From assembly GCA_963839135.1 (NCBI GenBank), contig CAWIUA010000013.1, positions 27,360 through 91,359 on the forward strand: a stretch of DNA of 64,000 bases, read 5' to 3'. Under the pieces are notes generated by a model. That model worked only from the letters and a program-made list of their open reading frames with translations, was not told where the DNA came from and did no database searches. Source of the stretch: an uncultured Alphaproteobacteria bacterium (GTDB taxonomy: Bacteria; Pseudomonadota; Alphaproteobacteria; Acetobacterales; Acetobacteraceae). The position numbers and the translations under genes were made by a program. Positions 47,850 to 57,722 of the stretch are shown piece after piece; within the stretch, counting starts at the first letter, position 1, and each line of letters begins with the position of its first letter.

Positions 47850-48899
47850 TCACACCGTCGAGCGCAGAATCAGGCTGACGAGTTCCGCCTGGCGCCGCGT
47901 ATCGGTCTTGGCGAAGATCCGCTTGAGGTGGATACGCGCATTCTCGCGCGTGATGCCGAGCATTGCCGCCGCGTCGGTCAAGGTCGTGTCGTGCGCAAGC
48001 AGATCGGCCAGGCTCGCTTCTCGCGGCGTCAGGCCCAGGCCCGCCATCAGCTCGGCTCGCGGAGTGTCCTCGCGCCGATCCGGGTCGCGCAGGAAGACCG
48101 CGACCTGGCGCTCCGAATTCAGCAACAGTCGCTCCGCCCCAGAGCCGCTGACCGGAACCGCGCGGACGATCACCGGCCGCTGCAAGGGGCCGCGTGAGAT
48201 GGCATGACGCCGACCATCGGGCCGTCCAATGACCTCGCGCATGTGACGGCCTGGGGTCGCCGACCCGCCTGTGTCGCGCATCGTGCGCAGCATCGATTCC
48301 GCCGACCGGTTCGCGTAGAGCGTGCGCCCTGAGCGAGCCGCGATCACCACGCCCACGCTGAGCTCGTCGAGAGCCTCCTCAAGCGCCGCGGCGCGCGTCT
48401 CGACGCCGACGAGGTGCCGCTTGATGCGCAGGGCTGTTTGCAGGTGCGGTAAGATGGTCTGCAAACATCTGATGTCCGAATGGGCGAACCGCCGAGCCGT
48501 CGGTGGCCGGCATACGGCCAGCACGGCTCCCGCAAACGGCGAGGCGGTCATGCCGTAATGGCCGCCCATCGGCCGAACGATGGTGCGATAGATCCTGGTC
48601 TGTACGAACTCCCGGTCAGGCACGACCTCCGCGGTGTCCATCGCGACGCCGATGCGCATGCCAGCGGCGATCGTCATCAGCGCGGCCGCCTCCCGCCCCA
48701 GCGCTTCGAGATGTTCGGCGGCGACGTATGCTCCCCAGCAGAGGGAATCATCGTCGCGAGTGCCTCCAGCCGCTGGGTTCACGGTAATAATGTGATGCGC
48801 CCGTAACCCGGTGCAAACCTCGTTCAGCCCGTCCTGCCAGGACGATGCATCCCACAAGCCATCATAGAGCCGTCGAATTCCAGTCAGCAGGTCCGCCAT
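47850..48899 (-). CDS. LuxR-family transcriptional regulator (C-terminal HTH, uncharacterised N-terminal domain)
   Basis: C-terminus LTPREASLADLLAHDTTLTDAAAMLGITRENARIHLKRIFAKT. GGGAG + ATG. Confidence 0.85.
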   Translation of the reverse strand: MADLLTGIRRLYDGLWDASSWQDGLNEVCTGLRAHHIITVNPAAGGTRDDDSLCWGAYVAAEHLEALGREAAALMTIAAGMRIGVAMDTAEVVPDREFVQTRIYRTIVRPMGGHYGMTASPFAGAVLAVCRPPTARRFAHSDIRCLQTILPHLQTALRIKRHLVGVETRAAALEEALDELSVGVVIAARSGRTLYANRSAESMLRTMRDTGGSATPGRHMREVIGRPDGRRHAISRGPLQRPVIVRAVPVSGSGAERLLLNSERQVAVFLRDPDRREDTPRAELMAGLGLTPREASLADLLAHDTTLTDAAAMLGITRENARIHLKRIFAKTDTRRQAELVSLILRSTV

Positions 48900-49168
48900 G
48901 CCGCAACTCCCAAATGGGAGGCGTTTGGAATTCTAGGACGTTTTATTGTTGCGCTCAAGCAAGCTGCAGGGCGTGTTCGTCGCTACACACTCAGAGAGTT
49001 TAGTGACTGCTCTCCTTAGTTGAACCATCGCCCGCGATGCTCCGTGAGAGCGGCAAGGTGACATGGCATTGCTACAATGGCGTAACCGACCAGCAGCAGC
49101 ACGAGGTGATCCTGGGGCGACCGAGGCATCGTCGCGACGCGGGCCACCTCCATTGAAGGAGGGTGACG

Positions 49169-50224
49169 ATGGTGGACGAGACGAAGCTGAATGCATTCAT
49201 CGGCCGGATGCTGGGCGACCTCGGCGGTGCGCTGAGCGTACCGCTGGTGCGGATGGGCGACCGGCTGGGCTTATACAAAGCGTTGCATGAGGGCGGCCCG
49301 ATGACGCCGGGCGAGCTCGCGGCGAAGACGAGCATTGCCGAGCGCTACGCCCGGGAATGGATGTCGCACCATGCTGCATCGGGCTATCTCGAGTATGACG
49401 CTGCCACCGGGAAATTTACGCTGCCGCCGGAACAAGCGATGGTATTCGCCGATCCGGACAGCCCTGTCTATATGCAGGGCGGCTTCGACCTCGCCGTGGC
49501 GATGATGGAGAACCAGGCGCTGGTCGAGTCGGCGTTCCGCAGCGGCGAGGGCGTGGGGTGGGGCGAGCAGGCGCAGTGCCTGTTCTGCGCCACAGGGCGC
49601 TTCTTCCGGCCCGGCTATCACAACAACCTGGTGCAAGCGTGGCTGCCAGCATTGGACGGGGTGACGGCGAAGCTTGAGCGCGGCGCGTCCGTGGCTGATG
49701 TCGGCTGCGGCCATGGATTCTCAACCGTCATGATGGCGAAGGCGTTCCCGCAATCGACCTTCGTAGGCTACGACTTCCACCCTGGTTCGATTGCCCAGGC
49801 GCAGACTCACGCCGAGCAGCACGGCGTTGCCGCCAATACGCGATTCGAGGTGGCGACCGCGAGCGAGTATCCGGGCGAGAACCTCGACCTGGTCACCTTC
49901 TTCGACTGCCTGCACGATATGGGCGATCCCGCCGGAGCCGCACGCCACGTGCGTCAGACCCTGAACTCTGACGGGAGCTGGATGATCGTCGAGCCGGCTG
50001 CGGGCGACCGGCTGGAGGACAATTTGAACCCGGTCGGACGGCTCTATTACGCAGGCTCGACGATGATCTGCATCCCGACCTCCCTCGACCAGCCGGTGGG
50101 CGCAGCACTCGGCGCGCAGGCCGGGTATTCAAAGCTGTCGGCGGTCATCACCAAAGGCGGGTTCGGAACGGTGCGCAAGGCGACGGAAACGCCGTTCAAC
50201 ATGGTCCTGGAAGCCCGGCCGTAA
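49169..50224 (+). CDS. class I SAM-dependent methyltransferase with N-terminal winged-helix-like domain
   Basis: GGAGGG + ATG 49169 (the ORF opens at GTG 49163). VADVGCGHG SAM motif. Confidence 0.85.
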   Translation: MVDETKLNAFIGRMLGDLGGALSVPLVRMGDRLGLYKALHEGGPMTPGELAAKTSIAERYAREWMSHHAASGYLEYDAATGKFTLPPEQAMVFADPDSPVYMQGGFDLAVAMMENQALVESAFRSGEGVGWGEQAQCLFCATGRFFRPGYHNNLVQAWLPALDGVTAKLERGASVADVGCGHGFSTVMMAKAFPQSTFVGYDFHPGSIAQAQTHAEQHGVAANTRFEVATASEYPGENLDLVTFFDCLHDMGDPAGAARHVRQTLNSDGSWMIVEPAAGDRLEDNLNPVGRLYYAGSTMICIPTSLDQPVGAALGAQAGYSKLSAVITKGGFGTVRKATETPFNMVLEARP

Positions 50225-50299
50225 CGCGTAGTCACCGTCCGTCCACCACCGGATGCCACGGCAGGCCTGCCACACGGTCCCCGAGCCAAGGAGAACACG

Positions 50300-50605
50300 A
50301 TGCTGATCGCACGTTGGCAGATCGATGCGCGTTTCGGTCAAAAGCAGGCGGTTATCGAGCGGCTTCAGGCCTGGGCGCGCGACATAGCGCCTCAGGCTGG
50401 GCTCACCAGCGCCCGGCTGATGACAGGCTCGATCGGGATGCTGGAAGCAACGGTCGAGCATAACTGGGAGGTCCCCGATCTCGCGGCGCTCGAGCGCGCG
50501 TGGTCGGCGCTTGCGACGATGGACGCGCACCACCGATGGGGACAGGATCTGGAGCCCTTCGTCGTGTCGGGCACGGCGCGCTGGAGTATCCTGAGGGTCG
50601 TTTGA
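50300..50605 (+). CDS. small hypothetical protein (101 aa, possibly alpha+beta barrel-like)
   Basis: Strong SD AAGGAG + ATG 50300. No family recognised with confidence. Confidence 0.55.
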   Translation: MLIARWQIDARFGQKQAVIERLQAWARDIAPQAGLTSARLMTGSIGMLEATVEHNWEVPDLAALERAWSALATMDAHHRWGQDLEPFVVSGTARWSILRVV

Positions 50606-50702
50606 TCCCCGCGTGCCTAAGTGGCGGCCTGATGCCTTCCGCCCCGGAAACTGCTTGGTCCGGCCTCTCGTCGTCGTGGCCGGGGAGCCGGATCAGGGTC
50701 AA

Positions 50703-50972
50703 CCTGGATCAGGCTGGGGGGCCGGTGCTGGTCCGGGTGCGTGGGGATAGCGCCGGGATTGGGCGCGGGTCCCTCGCTCGGTCTGGTGTCCGGTCTGCTG
50801 CCCGCTCCCATGCACCGGGCTTTGCGGCGCGGGCGCAGAGCTCGCGCACGGTCGCGCGGTCTGCCGGGTCGGTGAGGGCGGGGCTGGAGGACATCGGGGA
50901 GGATAAACGGGTTTGTCGCGGGCGGGGTCAAGCGCTGAGTGGGGTGCGTGACGGAAGGCGCACGGTCATGGC
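50703..50972 (-). repeat. short paralogous copy of the 30.0-30.8 kb orphan gene (same upstream region, start and stop; about 560 bp internally missing)
   Basis: 50854-50972 matches 30025-30142 in inverted orientation. 61-aa ORF 50709..50894(-) MSSSPALTDPADRA...ELCARAAKP...TGPPA* shares the N-terminus, an LCARA segment and the terminal GGCCCCCCAGC..CTGATCC with the long copy. Confidence 0.7.
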
Positions 50973-51137
50973 ACGGGGCTGCCCGTCGTTGTGGTGATCC
51001 GGCGAGACCGTTCTGGACGCTTGACCGGTCGTCGCATCAGATCGAGGCTAATGTCCCGGAGCCATGCGCCTCACGCCGATTGCCGTGCCGGCGTGCGACG
51101 TTTCCCGCTGGACCCGAGTGAAGTGGAGCAGATACGG

Positions 51138-51911
51138 ATGAGCAGAGAGGACGTTGTGCCCGGGCTCGGTCGCCTGAAGGGCAAGGCCGCGGTGATCACG
51201 GGTGCCTCGAACGGTATCGGCCGCGCGACCGCGCTGCTGTTCGCAGCCGAGGGAGCGCGGCTGATCATCAACGACATCGATGCCGGGCGGCTTGAGGATC
51301 TGCGCGGCGTCATCGCCGCCTCCGGCACCGATGTGCGCAGCGTCGTCGGCGACGTGTCCAGGACCGAGGACGCGCGCGCGATGATCGCCAGCGCCGTCGA
51401 GACCTTCGGACGCATCGACGTCCTCGTCGCCAACGCCGGTATCATTCCGGAACTCGACCTACTCACCGCAACCCCGGAGGACTTCGACCACGTCATGGCG
51501 GTGGACGGGCGCGGGATGTTCCTGACCTGCAAGTTCGCCGCCGAGGCCATGCTCAAAGCCGGCGGCGGCGCGATCGTCTGCCTGTCGTCGATCTCCGGTG
51601 AGGCGGGCCAGAAGGGTCAGGCGGTCTATGGCCCGGCGAAGTTCGTCGCGTCGGGGATCACCAAGCACCTGGCCGTGGAGCTGGCGACGCGCGGCATCCG
51701 GGTGAACGCGGTGGCGCCGGGGACCATTGCAACGGAGGCGGTCAAGAAGCTGTCGGCCGAGTATATCGCCGGGATCAAGGCGATGCACCCGATCGGCCGG
51801 CTTGGTCAGCCGGAGGAGGTCGCGAAGGCGATCCTTTTCCTCGCCTCGGACGAGGCGTCCTTCGTGACCGGCGTCGTGCTGCCGGTGGATGGGGGGTATC
51901 TGGCGCAGTAA
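51138..51911 (+). CDS. SDR family oxidoreductase (FabG-like)
   Basis: ATG 51138. ITGASNGIG, NAG and YGPAKF motifs. Confidence 0.88.
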   Translation: MSREDVVPGLGRLKGKAAVITGASNGIGRATALLFAAEGARLIINDIDAGRLEDLRGVIAASGTDVRSVVGDVSRTEDARAMIASAVETFGRIDVLVANAGIIPELDLLTATPEDFDHVMAVDGRGMFLTCKFAAEAMLKAGGGAIVCLSSISGEAGQKGQAVYGPAKFVASGITKHLAVELATRGIRVNAVAPGTIATEAVKKLSAEYIAGIKAMHPIGRLGQPEEVAKAILFLASDEASFVTGVVLPVDGGYLAQ

Positions 51912-52316
51912 GGAAGCATCCAAGTGATGCTCAACCTGAGCAGGCGAATATTGGACTGGGTAGCGAGAGACGTTTCGATCGCCGGAGATGAACGTTGCCT
52001 CCTCCGCGATTGCCTGTGCCATGAGCAAGTGATCGAACGGATCGCGATGGTGCACCGGCAAGCCTGCAAGCGCCACAAGGTGCGCGACGCTGATATCGAG
52101 CAGGGTGAAACCCTCACGTTGCACGGCGTCCGCGACCCTTTTGACGTCCGCTCTCATCTTTCCAACGCGCGTCTTCACGACGACTTCCCAGAGCGACACC
52201 ACGCTGGCGAGGATGTCGTTGCTAGGATCCTCGATCAACGCCCTCGTCCGCGGTCCGAGCCGCTTGTCGTCAGATAGCCACCAGAGGAGAGCATGCGTGT
52301 CGAGGAGGAGCTTCAA
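51459..52316 (-). CDS. vapC: type II toxin, PIN-domain ribonuclease (VapC-like)
   Basis: MKLLLDTHALLWW...DPFDHLLMAQA...FISGD. The PIN domain is only about 130 aa (to about 51.93 kb). As sequenced the frame runs on antisense to the SDR gene to 51459, so the 3' end is doubtful. Confidence 0.75.
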   Translation of the reverse strand: MKLLLDTHALLWWLSDDKRLGPRTRALIEDPSNDILASVVSLWEVVVKTRVGKMRADVKRVADAVQREGFTLLDISVAHLVALAGLPVHHRDPFDHLLMAQAIAEEATFISGDRNVSRYPVQYSPAQVEHHLDASLLRQIPPIHRQHDAGHEGRLVRGEEKDRLRDLLRLTKPADRVHRLDPGDILGRQLLDRLRCNGPRRHRVHPDAARRQLHGQVLGDPRRDELRRAIDRLTLLARLTGDRRQADDRAAAGFEHGLGGELAGQEHPAPVHRHDVVEVLRGCGE

Positions 52317-52585
52317 TCCTCCTCGCCCTCCATGGCCGCAAGCACATCCGGCGGGAGCGTGTCAAAGTCGGGCGCCGTCCAGATTTCGCCGCGCAGCGCA
52401 CCAGGCTTCCGGCGGGGCTGGTCCGCCTTCGGGGCCGGGCGAAGCTCGGCCAGCACCTGATCGCGAGATGTGACCAGGAACGAACGGCCGTGCCGAACCT
52501 GACGCAGGAAGCCGGTCAAGTTCTCCCGAAGCTCGCGCACTCCGACCCGTTGCGGTTCGTGATCGTCGTGCTGAAGCTCGGCCAT
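52313..52585 (-). CDS. type II antitoxin (Phd/YefM-like)
   Basis: ATG 52585. VGVRELRENLTGFLRQVRHGRSFLVTSRDQVLAEL. ATGA overlap with the toxin start. Confidence 0.75.
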   Translation of the reverse strand: MAELQHDDHEPQRVGVRELRENLTGFLRQVRHGRSFLVTSRDQVLAELRPAPKADQPRRKPGALRGEIWTAPDFDTLPPDVLAAMEGEED

Positions 52586-52711
52586 GACGTTACCCGATTG
52601 TGGACACATGTATGTGTCCACGACTATCCGCTGGTCGTCAAGGTCAGGTGTGACGTGACGGGAGCCGTTCCTATCGGACGGCCCGAAGTCATCTGTGAGC
52701 AGGACTCCGGT

Positions 52712-53125
52712 TCAACGCAGCGTCGAGCCGCAACCAAGCTTATCCATAGTTGCTATCGCGCTCTTGATGACATTTGGGCCAAATGCGAAACCCATGCTTG
52801 TATCACGTTGTCCGCTGACAGCTTCCTCGGCAAGGTCCGCACATTTCTGCTTCATCGGATCAACAACAATTGCAGGCTTCCGAGATACCTCTGCGAGGTC
52901 GGATACGATCTTCGTCGTTGCAACGTTCAGAGAGCGAATTCTGCTCTTTGAGTTGGGCAATGATCGATGTGGCTGTATCTGACGCGATTGTAAGAGAGTG
53001 AACCTGCTCTTCCAGCTTACCAATACGTCCTTCCAGACGGACCACGTAAGCAATGCCCCACCCACAACGACAAGTATCGACAATGCACTAGCAAACGTTC
53101 TGATCGCGTCACTAGAAAGTCGCAC
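52712..53125 (-). pseudogene. A/T-rich orphan gene: N-terminal TM helix + coiled coil + small C-terminal domain, two frame changes
   Basis: ORF 52712..53125 gives the TM N-terminus (ALSILVVVGGALLTW) and the C-terminal part. ORF 52860..53045 gives the middle coiled coil (VRLEGRIGKLEEQVHSLTIASDTATSIIAQLKEQ). Confidence 0.4.
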
Positions 53126-53190
53126 TTGTACCTTCCTCTCCCATGCCAGCGTGCCACGGCGTTGTGGTCAGAGCTTGAACAAAACCTGTC

Positions 53191-54915
53191 TCAAATATCC
53201 GCATAGCAGTGCGTCTCCGCCTCGGCCCCCGGATGCGTCACCGCGCCCAGATATGCGGGCCCGACAAGTTGCGCATACTTCCAGATCGCCCCGCTGTTGT
53301 AGTCCGTCCGGCGCGGCTGCCACTTCGCGCGGCGCTCGGCCAACTCGGCGTCCGACAGCGCCACGTCCATCGTGCCTGCTTCCGCGTCTATCGTGATCCG
53401 GTCGCCGTTGCGGAGCAGCGCGATCGGGCCGCCGACCGCCGCTTCCGGCCCGACGTGGCCCACGCAGAAGCCACGGGTCGCACCCGAGAAGCGGCCGTCG
53501 GTGATGAGCGCCACCTGGTCGCCCATGCCCTGGCCGTAGATCGCGCCCGTCGTGCTGAGCATCTCGCGCATCCCCGGCCCGCCCTTCGGGCCCTCGTAGC
53601 GAACCACGATCACGTCGCCGGACTTGTAGGCGCGCGCCTGGATGGCGGCGAACGCGTCCTCCTCGCAGTCGAAGCAGAGTGCCGTGCCCTCGAAGTGGCG
53701 GTTCTTCATGCCGGCGACCTTCACGATGGCGCCCTCGGGGGCGAGGTTGCCCTTGAGGCCGACCACGCCGCCGGTCGGCGAGATCGCGCGCGAGACGGGG
53801 TAGATCACGTCCTGGTCCTCGGGAAACACCACGTCGCGCAGGTTCTCGGCCAGGCTCTTGCCCGTGACCGTCAGGCAATCCCCGTGCAGCAGGCCGCCGT
53901 CGAGGAGCGCCTTGAGGATCACGGGGATGCCGCCGACCTTATGCACATCGAGGGCTACATACTTCCCACCGGGCTTGAGGTCGGCGATGTAGGGCGTGCG
54001 GCGCATGATCGCGAGCACGTCCTCCATGGTGAAGCGGATACCCGCCTCGTGCGCGATGGCGGGCAGGTGCAGGCCGGCGTTGGTGCTGCCGCCCGTGGCG
54101 CCCACGACGACCGCCGCGTTCTCCAGCGCCTTCATCGTCACGATGTCGCGCGGGCGGATGCGCTGCTCGACGAGGGCCATGACCGCGCGCCCGCTCTCCA
54201 CGGCGAAGCGGTCGCGGTCCTCATAGGGCGCTGGCGACCCGGCGCTGCCGGGTAGGGCGAGGCCGATCGCCTCGCTCACCGTCGCCATGGTGTTGGCCGT
54301 GAACTGGCCGCCGCAGGCGCCTGCGCTGGGACAGGCGACGCATTCCAGCTCGTGCAGGTCGGCGTCGCTCATCTTGCCCGCCGCGTGCTGGCCGACGGCC
54401 TCGAACACGTCCACGACCGTCACGTCCCGGCCCTTGAAGCGGCCCGGCAGGATGCTGCCGCCGTACATGAACACGCTGGGGACGTTGAGCCGCAGCATCG
54501 CCATCATCATGGCGGGCAGGCTCTTGTCGCAGCCGGCGAGGCCGACGAGCGCGTCGTAGCTGTGGCCGCGCATGGTGAGTTCCACGCTGTCGGCGATCAG
54601 GTCGCGCGAGACCAGCGAGCTCTTCATGCCCTGGTGGCCCATCGCGATGCCGTCGGTCACCGTGATCGTGGTGAACTCGCGCGGCGAGCCGCTCGCCTCC
54701 GCCACGCCCTTCTTCACGGACTGCGCCTGGCGGCTCAGTGCGATGTTGCAGGGTGCGGCCTCGTTCCAGCAGGTCGCGACGCCGACGAGAGGCTGGGCGA
54801 TCTCGTCCTCGGTCATGCCCATCGCGTAGTAGTAGCTGCGGTGCGGCGCGCGATCCGGTCCCTCGGTGACGTGGCGCGACGGCAGGTGCGATTTGTCCCA
54901 GCGCTTGGTCAGCAT
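53191..54915 (-). CDS. ilvD: dihydroxy-acid dehydratase
   Basis: GAGGAA + ATG 54915. MLTKRWDKSHLPSRHVTEGPDRAPHRSYYYAMG..., CDKSLP, GGSTN and FSGATRG motifs. Confidence 0.93.
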   Translation of the reverse strand: MLTKRWDKSHLPSRHVTEGPDRAPHRSYYYAMGMTEDEIAQPLVGVATCWNEAAPCNIALSRQAQSVKKGVAEASGSPREFTTITVTDGIAMGHQGMKSSLVSRDLIADSVELTMRGHSYDALVGLAGCDKSLPAMMMAMLRLNVPSVFMYGGSILPGRFKGRDVTVVDVFEAVGQHAAGKMSDADLHELECVACPSAGACGGQFTANTMATVSEAIGLALPGSAGSPAPYEDRDRFAVESGRAVMALVEQRIRPRDIVTMKALENAAVVVGATGGSTNAGLHLPAIAHEAGIRFTMEDVLAIMRRTPYIADLKPGGKYVALDVHKVGGIPVILKALLDGGLLHGDCLTVTGKSLAENLRDVVFPEDQDVIYPVSRAISPTGGVVGLKGNLAPEGAIVKVAGMKNRHFEGTALCFDCEEDAFAAIQARAYKSGDVIVVRYEGPKGGPGMREMLSTTGAIYGQGMGDQVALITDGRFSGATRGFCVGHVGPEAAVGGPIALLRNGDRITIDAEAGTMDVALSDAELAERRAKWQPRRTDYNSGAIWKYAQLVGPAYLGAVTHPGAEAETHCYADI

Positions 54916-54925
54916 GGCGTTTTCC

Positions 54926-57626
54926 TCAGTGGGCAGGTTCTTCGACGGCGAGACGGGCGAGAGCGGCGGCGATGCGCGCGGCCTCGCTTTCGGCGGCGGC
55001 GAGGCGCTCGCGGGTTTCCTCGACGATTTCGGGCGCGGCCCGGCCGGTGAAGCCGGGGTTGGCGAGCTTCTGGCGCAGCTTGGCGGCCTCGGCCTCGGCC
55101 TTGTCGCGGTCGCGGGCGAGGCGGGCCTGCTCGGCCGCGAGGTCAACAACGTCGCCGAGCGGGAGGACGGCAGTGGCCTCGTCGAGCACGATCTGCACGG
55201 CGCCGGGCGGCAGCGCGCCTTGCAGCGGGCTGACGCTCGCGGCGCGGGCGAGGCGACGAACCGCGTCTTCCCAGCGCGCGGCGCGGGCGAGCGTCTCGGG
55301 CCGGGCGTCGCGCAGCAGGACCGGCACCGGGGCGGCCGGGGGCACGTGCCACTGCGACCGAATTGAGCGCACCTCGGAAACGAGACGCACGACCCAATCC
55401 AGCTCAGCGCGCGCCGCCTCGGCGCCCGGCACCGCGGCCGGCTCGGGCCAGGGTGCCCGGATCAGGCTGCACAGCGGACCGAAGCCGAACTCGTCCCACA
55501 GCGCCTCGGTCACGAACGGCATGGCCGGGTGCAGCAGGCGTAGCAGCGTGCCGAGGGCGTAGGCGGCGGCGGCGCGGACCTCGCCCGCTTCCGCCGGGTC
55601 GTCGGCGACGAGGATCGGCTTGGACAGCTCCACGAACCAGTCGCAGAACACGGTCCAGGTGAAGCGGTGGAGTGTCGCCGCATACTCGTCGAAGCGGTAG
55701 GCTTCCAGCGCCGCGGTCGCGTCGCGAACGGCGTCGTTCAGCGCGTCCAGCAGCCAGCTTGTGAGCGGCAGGTGCGCCCGGTCCGGCGTCCAGCCCGCGA
55801 CGGGCTTCACGCCGTTCATCTCGCAGAAGCGCGCGGCGTTCCACAGCTTGGTGACGAAGGCGCGGTTGGTCTCGACGCGCGACGGCCCGAGCTTCACGTC
55901 CCGCCCGGGGCCGGCGAGCGCGCAGATGGTGAAGCGCAGCGCGTCCGTGCCGTAGGCGTCCGCGAGCTGCAAGGGGTCCACCACGTTGCCCTTGCTCTTG
56001 GACATCTTCTGGCCGCGCTCGTCGCGGACGAGAGGATGGATATAGACGGTGCGGAACGGCACCTCGCCCATGAAGTGCAGCCCCATCATCATCATCCGGG
56101 CGACCCAGAAGAAGATGATGTCGAAGCCTGTCACCAGCACGTCGCCGGGGTAGTAGCGGGGCAGCTCCGGCGCCTGGTCCGGCCAGCCGAGCGTGCTGAA
56201 CGGCCAGAGCGCCGAGCTGAACCAGGTGTCGAGCACGTCCTCGTCCTGGTTGAGCGGCACGCCCGCGCCCGCCTGAGCTTGCGCCTCCGCCTCGCTGCGG
56301 GCGACGAAGACTTGGCCGTCCGGGCCATACCAGGCGGGGATGCGGTGGCCCCACCAGAGCTGGCGGCTGATGCACCAGGGCTGGATGTCGCGCATCCAGG
56401 CGAAGAAGGTGTTTTCCCACTGCTCGGGCACGAAGCGCGTCGCACCCGTCTCGACGGCGGCGATGGCGGGCTTGGCGAGCTCCGCCGCGTTCGCATACCA
56501 CTGCACGGTCAGGAGCGGCTCGATAGGGACGCCGGAGCGGTCGCCGTGCGGAACCTGGTGCGTATGGGGCTCGGCGCGGTCGAGCAGTCCCAGCCGCTCC
56601 AGCTCGGCGACGATGACGGCGCGTGCGGCGTTGCGGCCCTGCCCGGCGAGCGACTGCACGAAGGCGGGATCGGCTACGCCGTCCACGGGGCGCAGCTCGC
56701 CCTCGATCTCGCCGAGCGTCACGCGCGCCTCGCGGTCGAGGATGCTCGGCATGGGCAGGCCGTGCCGGCTTCCGACCTGGAAGTCGTTGAAGTCGTGGGC
56801 GGGGGTGATCTTGACGGCGCCCGTGCCCTTCTCCGGGTCGGAATACTCGTCCGCGACGATGGGCAGGCGACGCCCGACCAGCGGCAGGATCGCGTGCTTG
56901 CCCACGAGATCGCGGTAGCGGTCGTCGGTCTGGATGAACAGCGACGGCCGTATCGCCGAGCAGGGTCTCGGGCCGGGTCGTGGCGACGGCGATGAACCGG
57001 CCCGGCTCGCCCTCGATAGGGTAGCGGATGTACCAGAGGTGGCCGCGCACCTCGCGCTGCTCGACCTCGAGGTCGCTGATCGCCGTCCGGAGCTTCGGGT
57101 CCCAGTTCACGAGGCGGCGGTCGCGGTAGATCAGGCCCTGTTCGTAGAGGGTCACGAACACCTCGCGCACGGCGCGCGAGAGGCCCTCGTCCATGGTGAA
57201 GCGCTCGCGCGGCCAGTCGAGCGAGGCGCCGATGCGGCGGAGCTGCCGGGTGATCGTGCCGCCGGATTCGGCCTTCCACTGCCAGACGCGGTCCAGGAAC
57301 GCCTCGCGGCCCAGGGCCTGGCGCGACGTGCCTTCGGCGTCCAGCAGGCGCTCGACGACCATCTGGGTCGCGATGCCGGCATGGTCGGTGCCGGGCTGCC
57401 AGAGCGCGTCGCGGCCCTGCATGCGCCGCCAGCGGATCAGCGCGTCCTGCAAAGTCATCGTCAGGGCGTGGCCGATGTGCAGGCTGCCGGTGACGTTGGG
57501 CGGCGGGATCATGATGGTGAACGGGGCCGCGTTCGAGTCCGGGTGCGCTGCGAACGCGCCGGAGGCTTCCCAGCCCGCGTAGATCGCGGGTTCGACGGCG
57601 GCCGGGTCGAAGTGCTTGTCTAACAT
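54926..57626 (-). pseudogene. valS: valine--tRNA ligase, single frame change near 56915 (almost certainly a sequence indel)
   Basis: N-terminal part ([15 protein letters not shown] ...TAVAVHPD) is in the frame of ORF 55404..57626. The rest ([19 protein letters not shown]...KMSKSKGN...coiled-coil C-terminus) is in ORF 54926..56905. The junction reads CCA GAC C GAC GAC CGC. Confidence 0.92.
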
Positions 57627-57722
57627 GGTGGGCCGCTTGTAGCGTGGCGCGGCGCTGGCAGGAACCCGCGCGCGGCGCGGATCAGGTCGCCACGGCCGGG
57701 TTTGGCGGCGGGGACTTGCCCT

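Noticed and set aside
30825-50703. The 20-kb segment between the two inverted orphan-gene copies as a genomic island or composite transposon.
   Set aside because: Its content is largely core metabolism (xthA, coq7, dsbB, mlaD, NDUFA12-like, RidA, ohr, PPK2) at normal GC, with no mobility genes. Only the possibility of recombination-mediated inversion is kept as a finding.
54926-57626. valS (and tolC, xthA, ohr and others) as true pseudogenes indicating genome decay.
   Set aside because: valS is essential. The disruptions are single-base events scattered over otherwise intact, motif-complete genes, so sequencing or assembly indels are the simpler explanation. This cannot be proven without reads.
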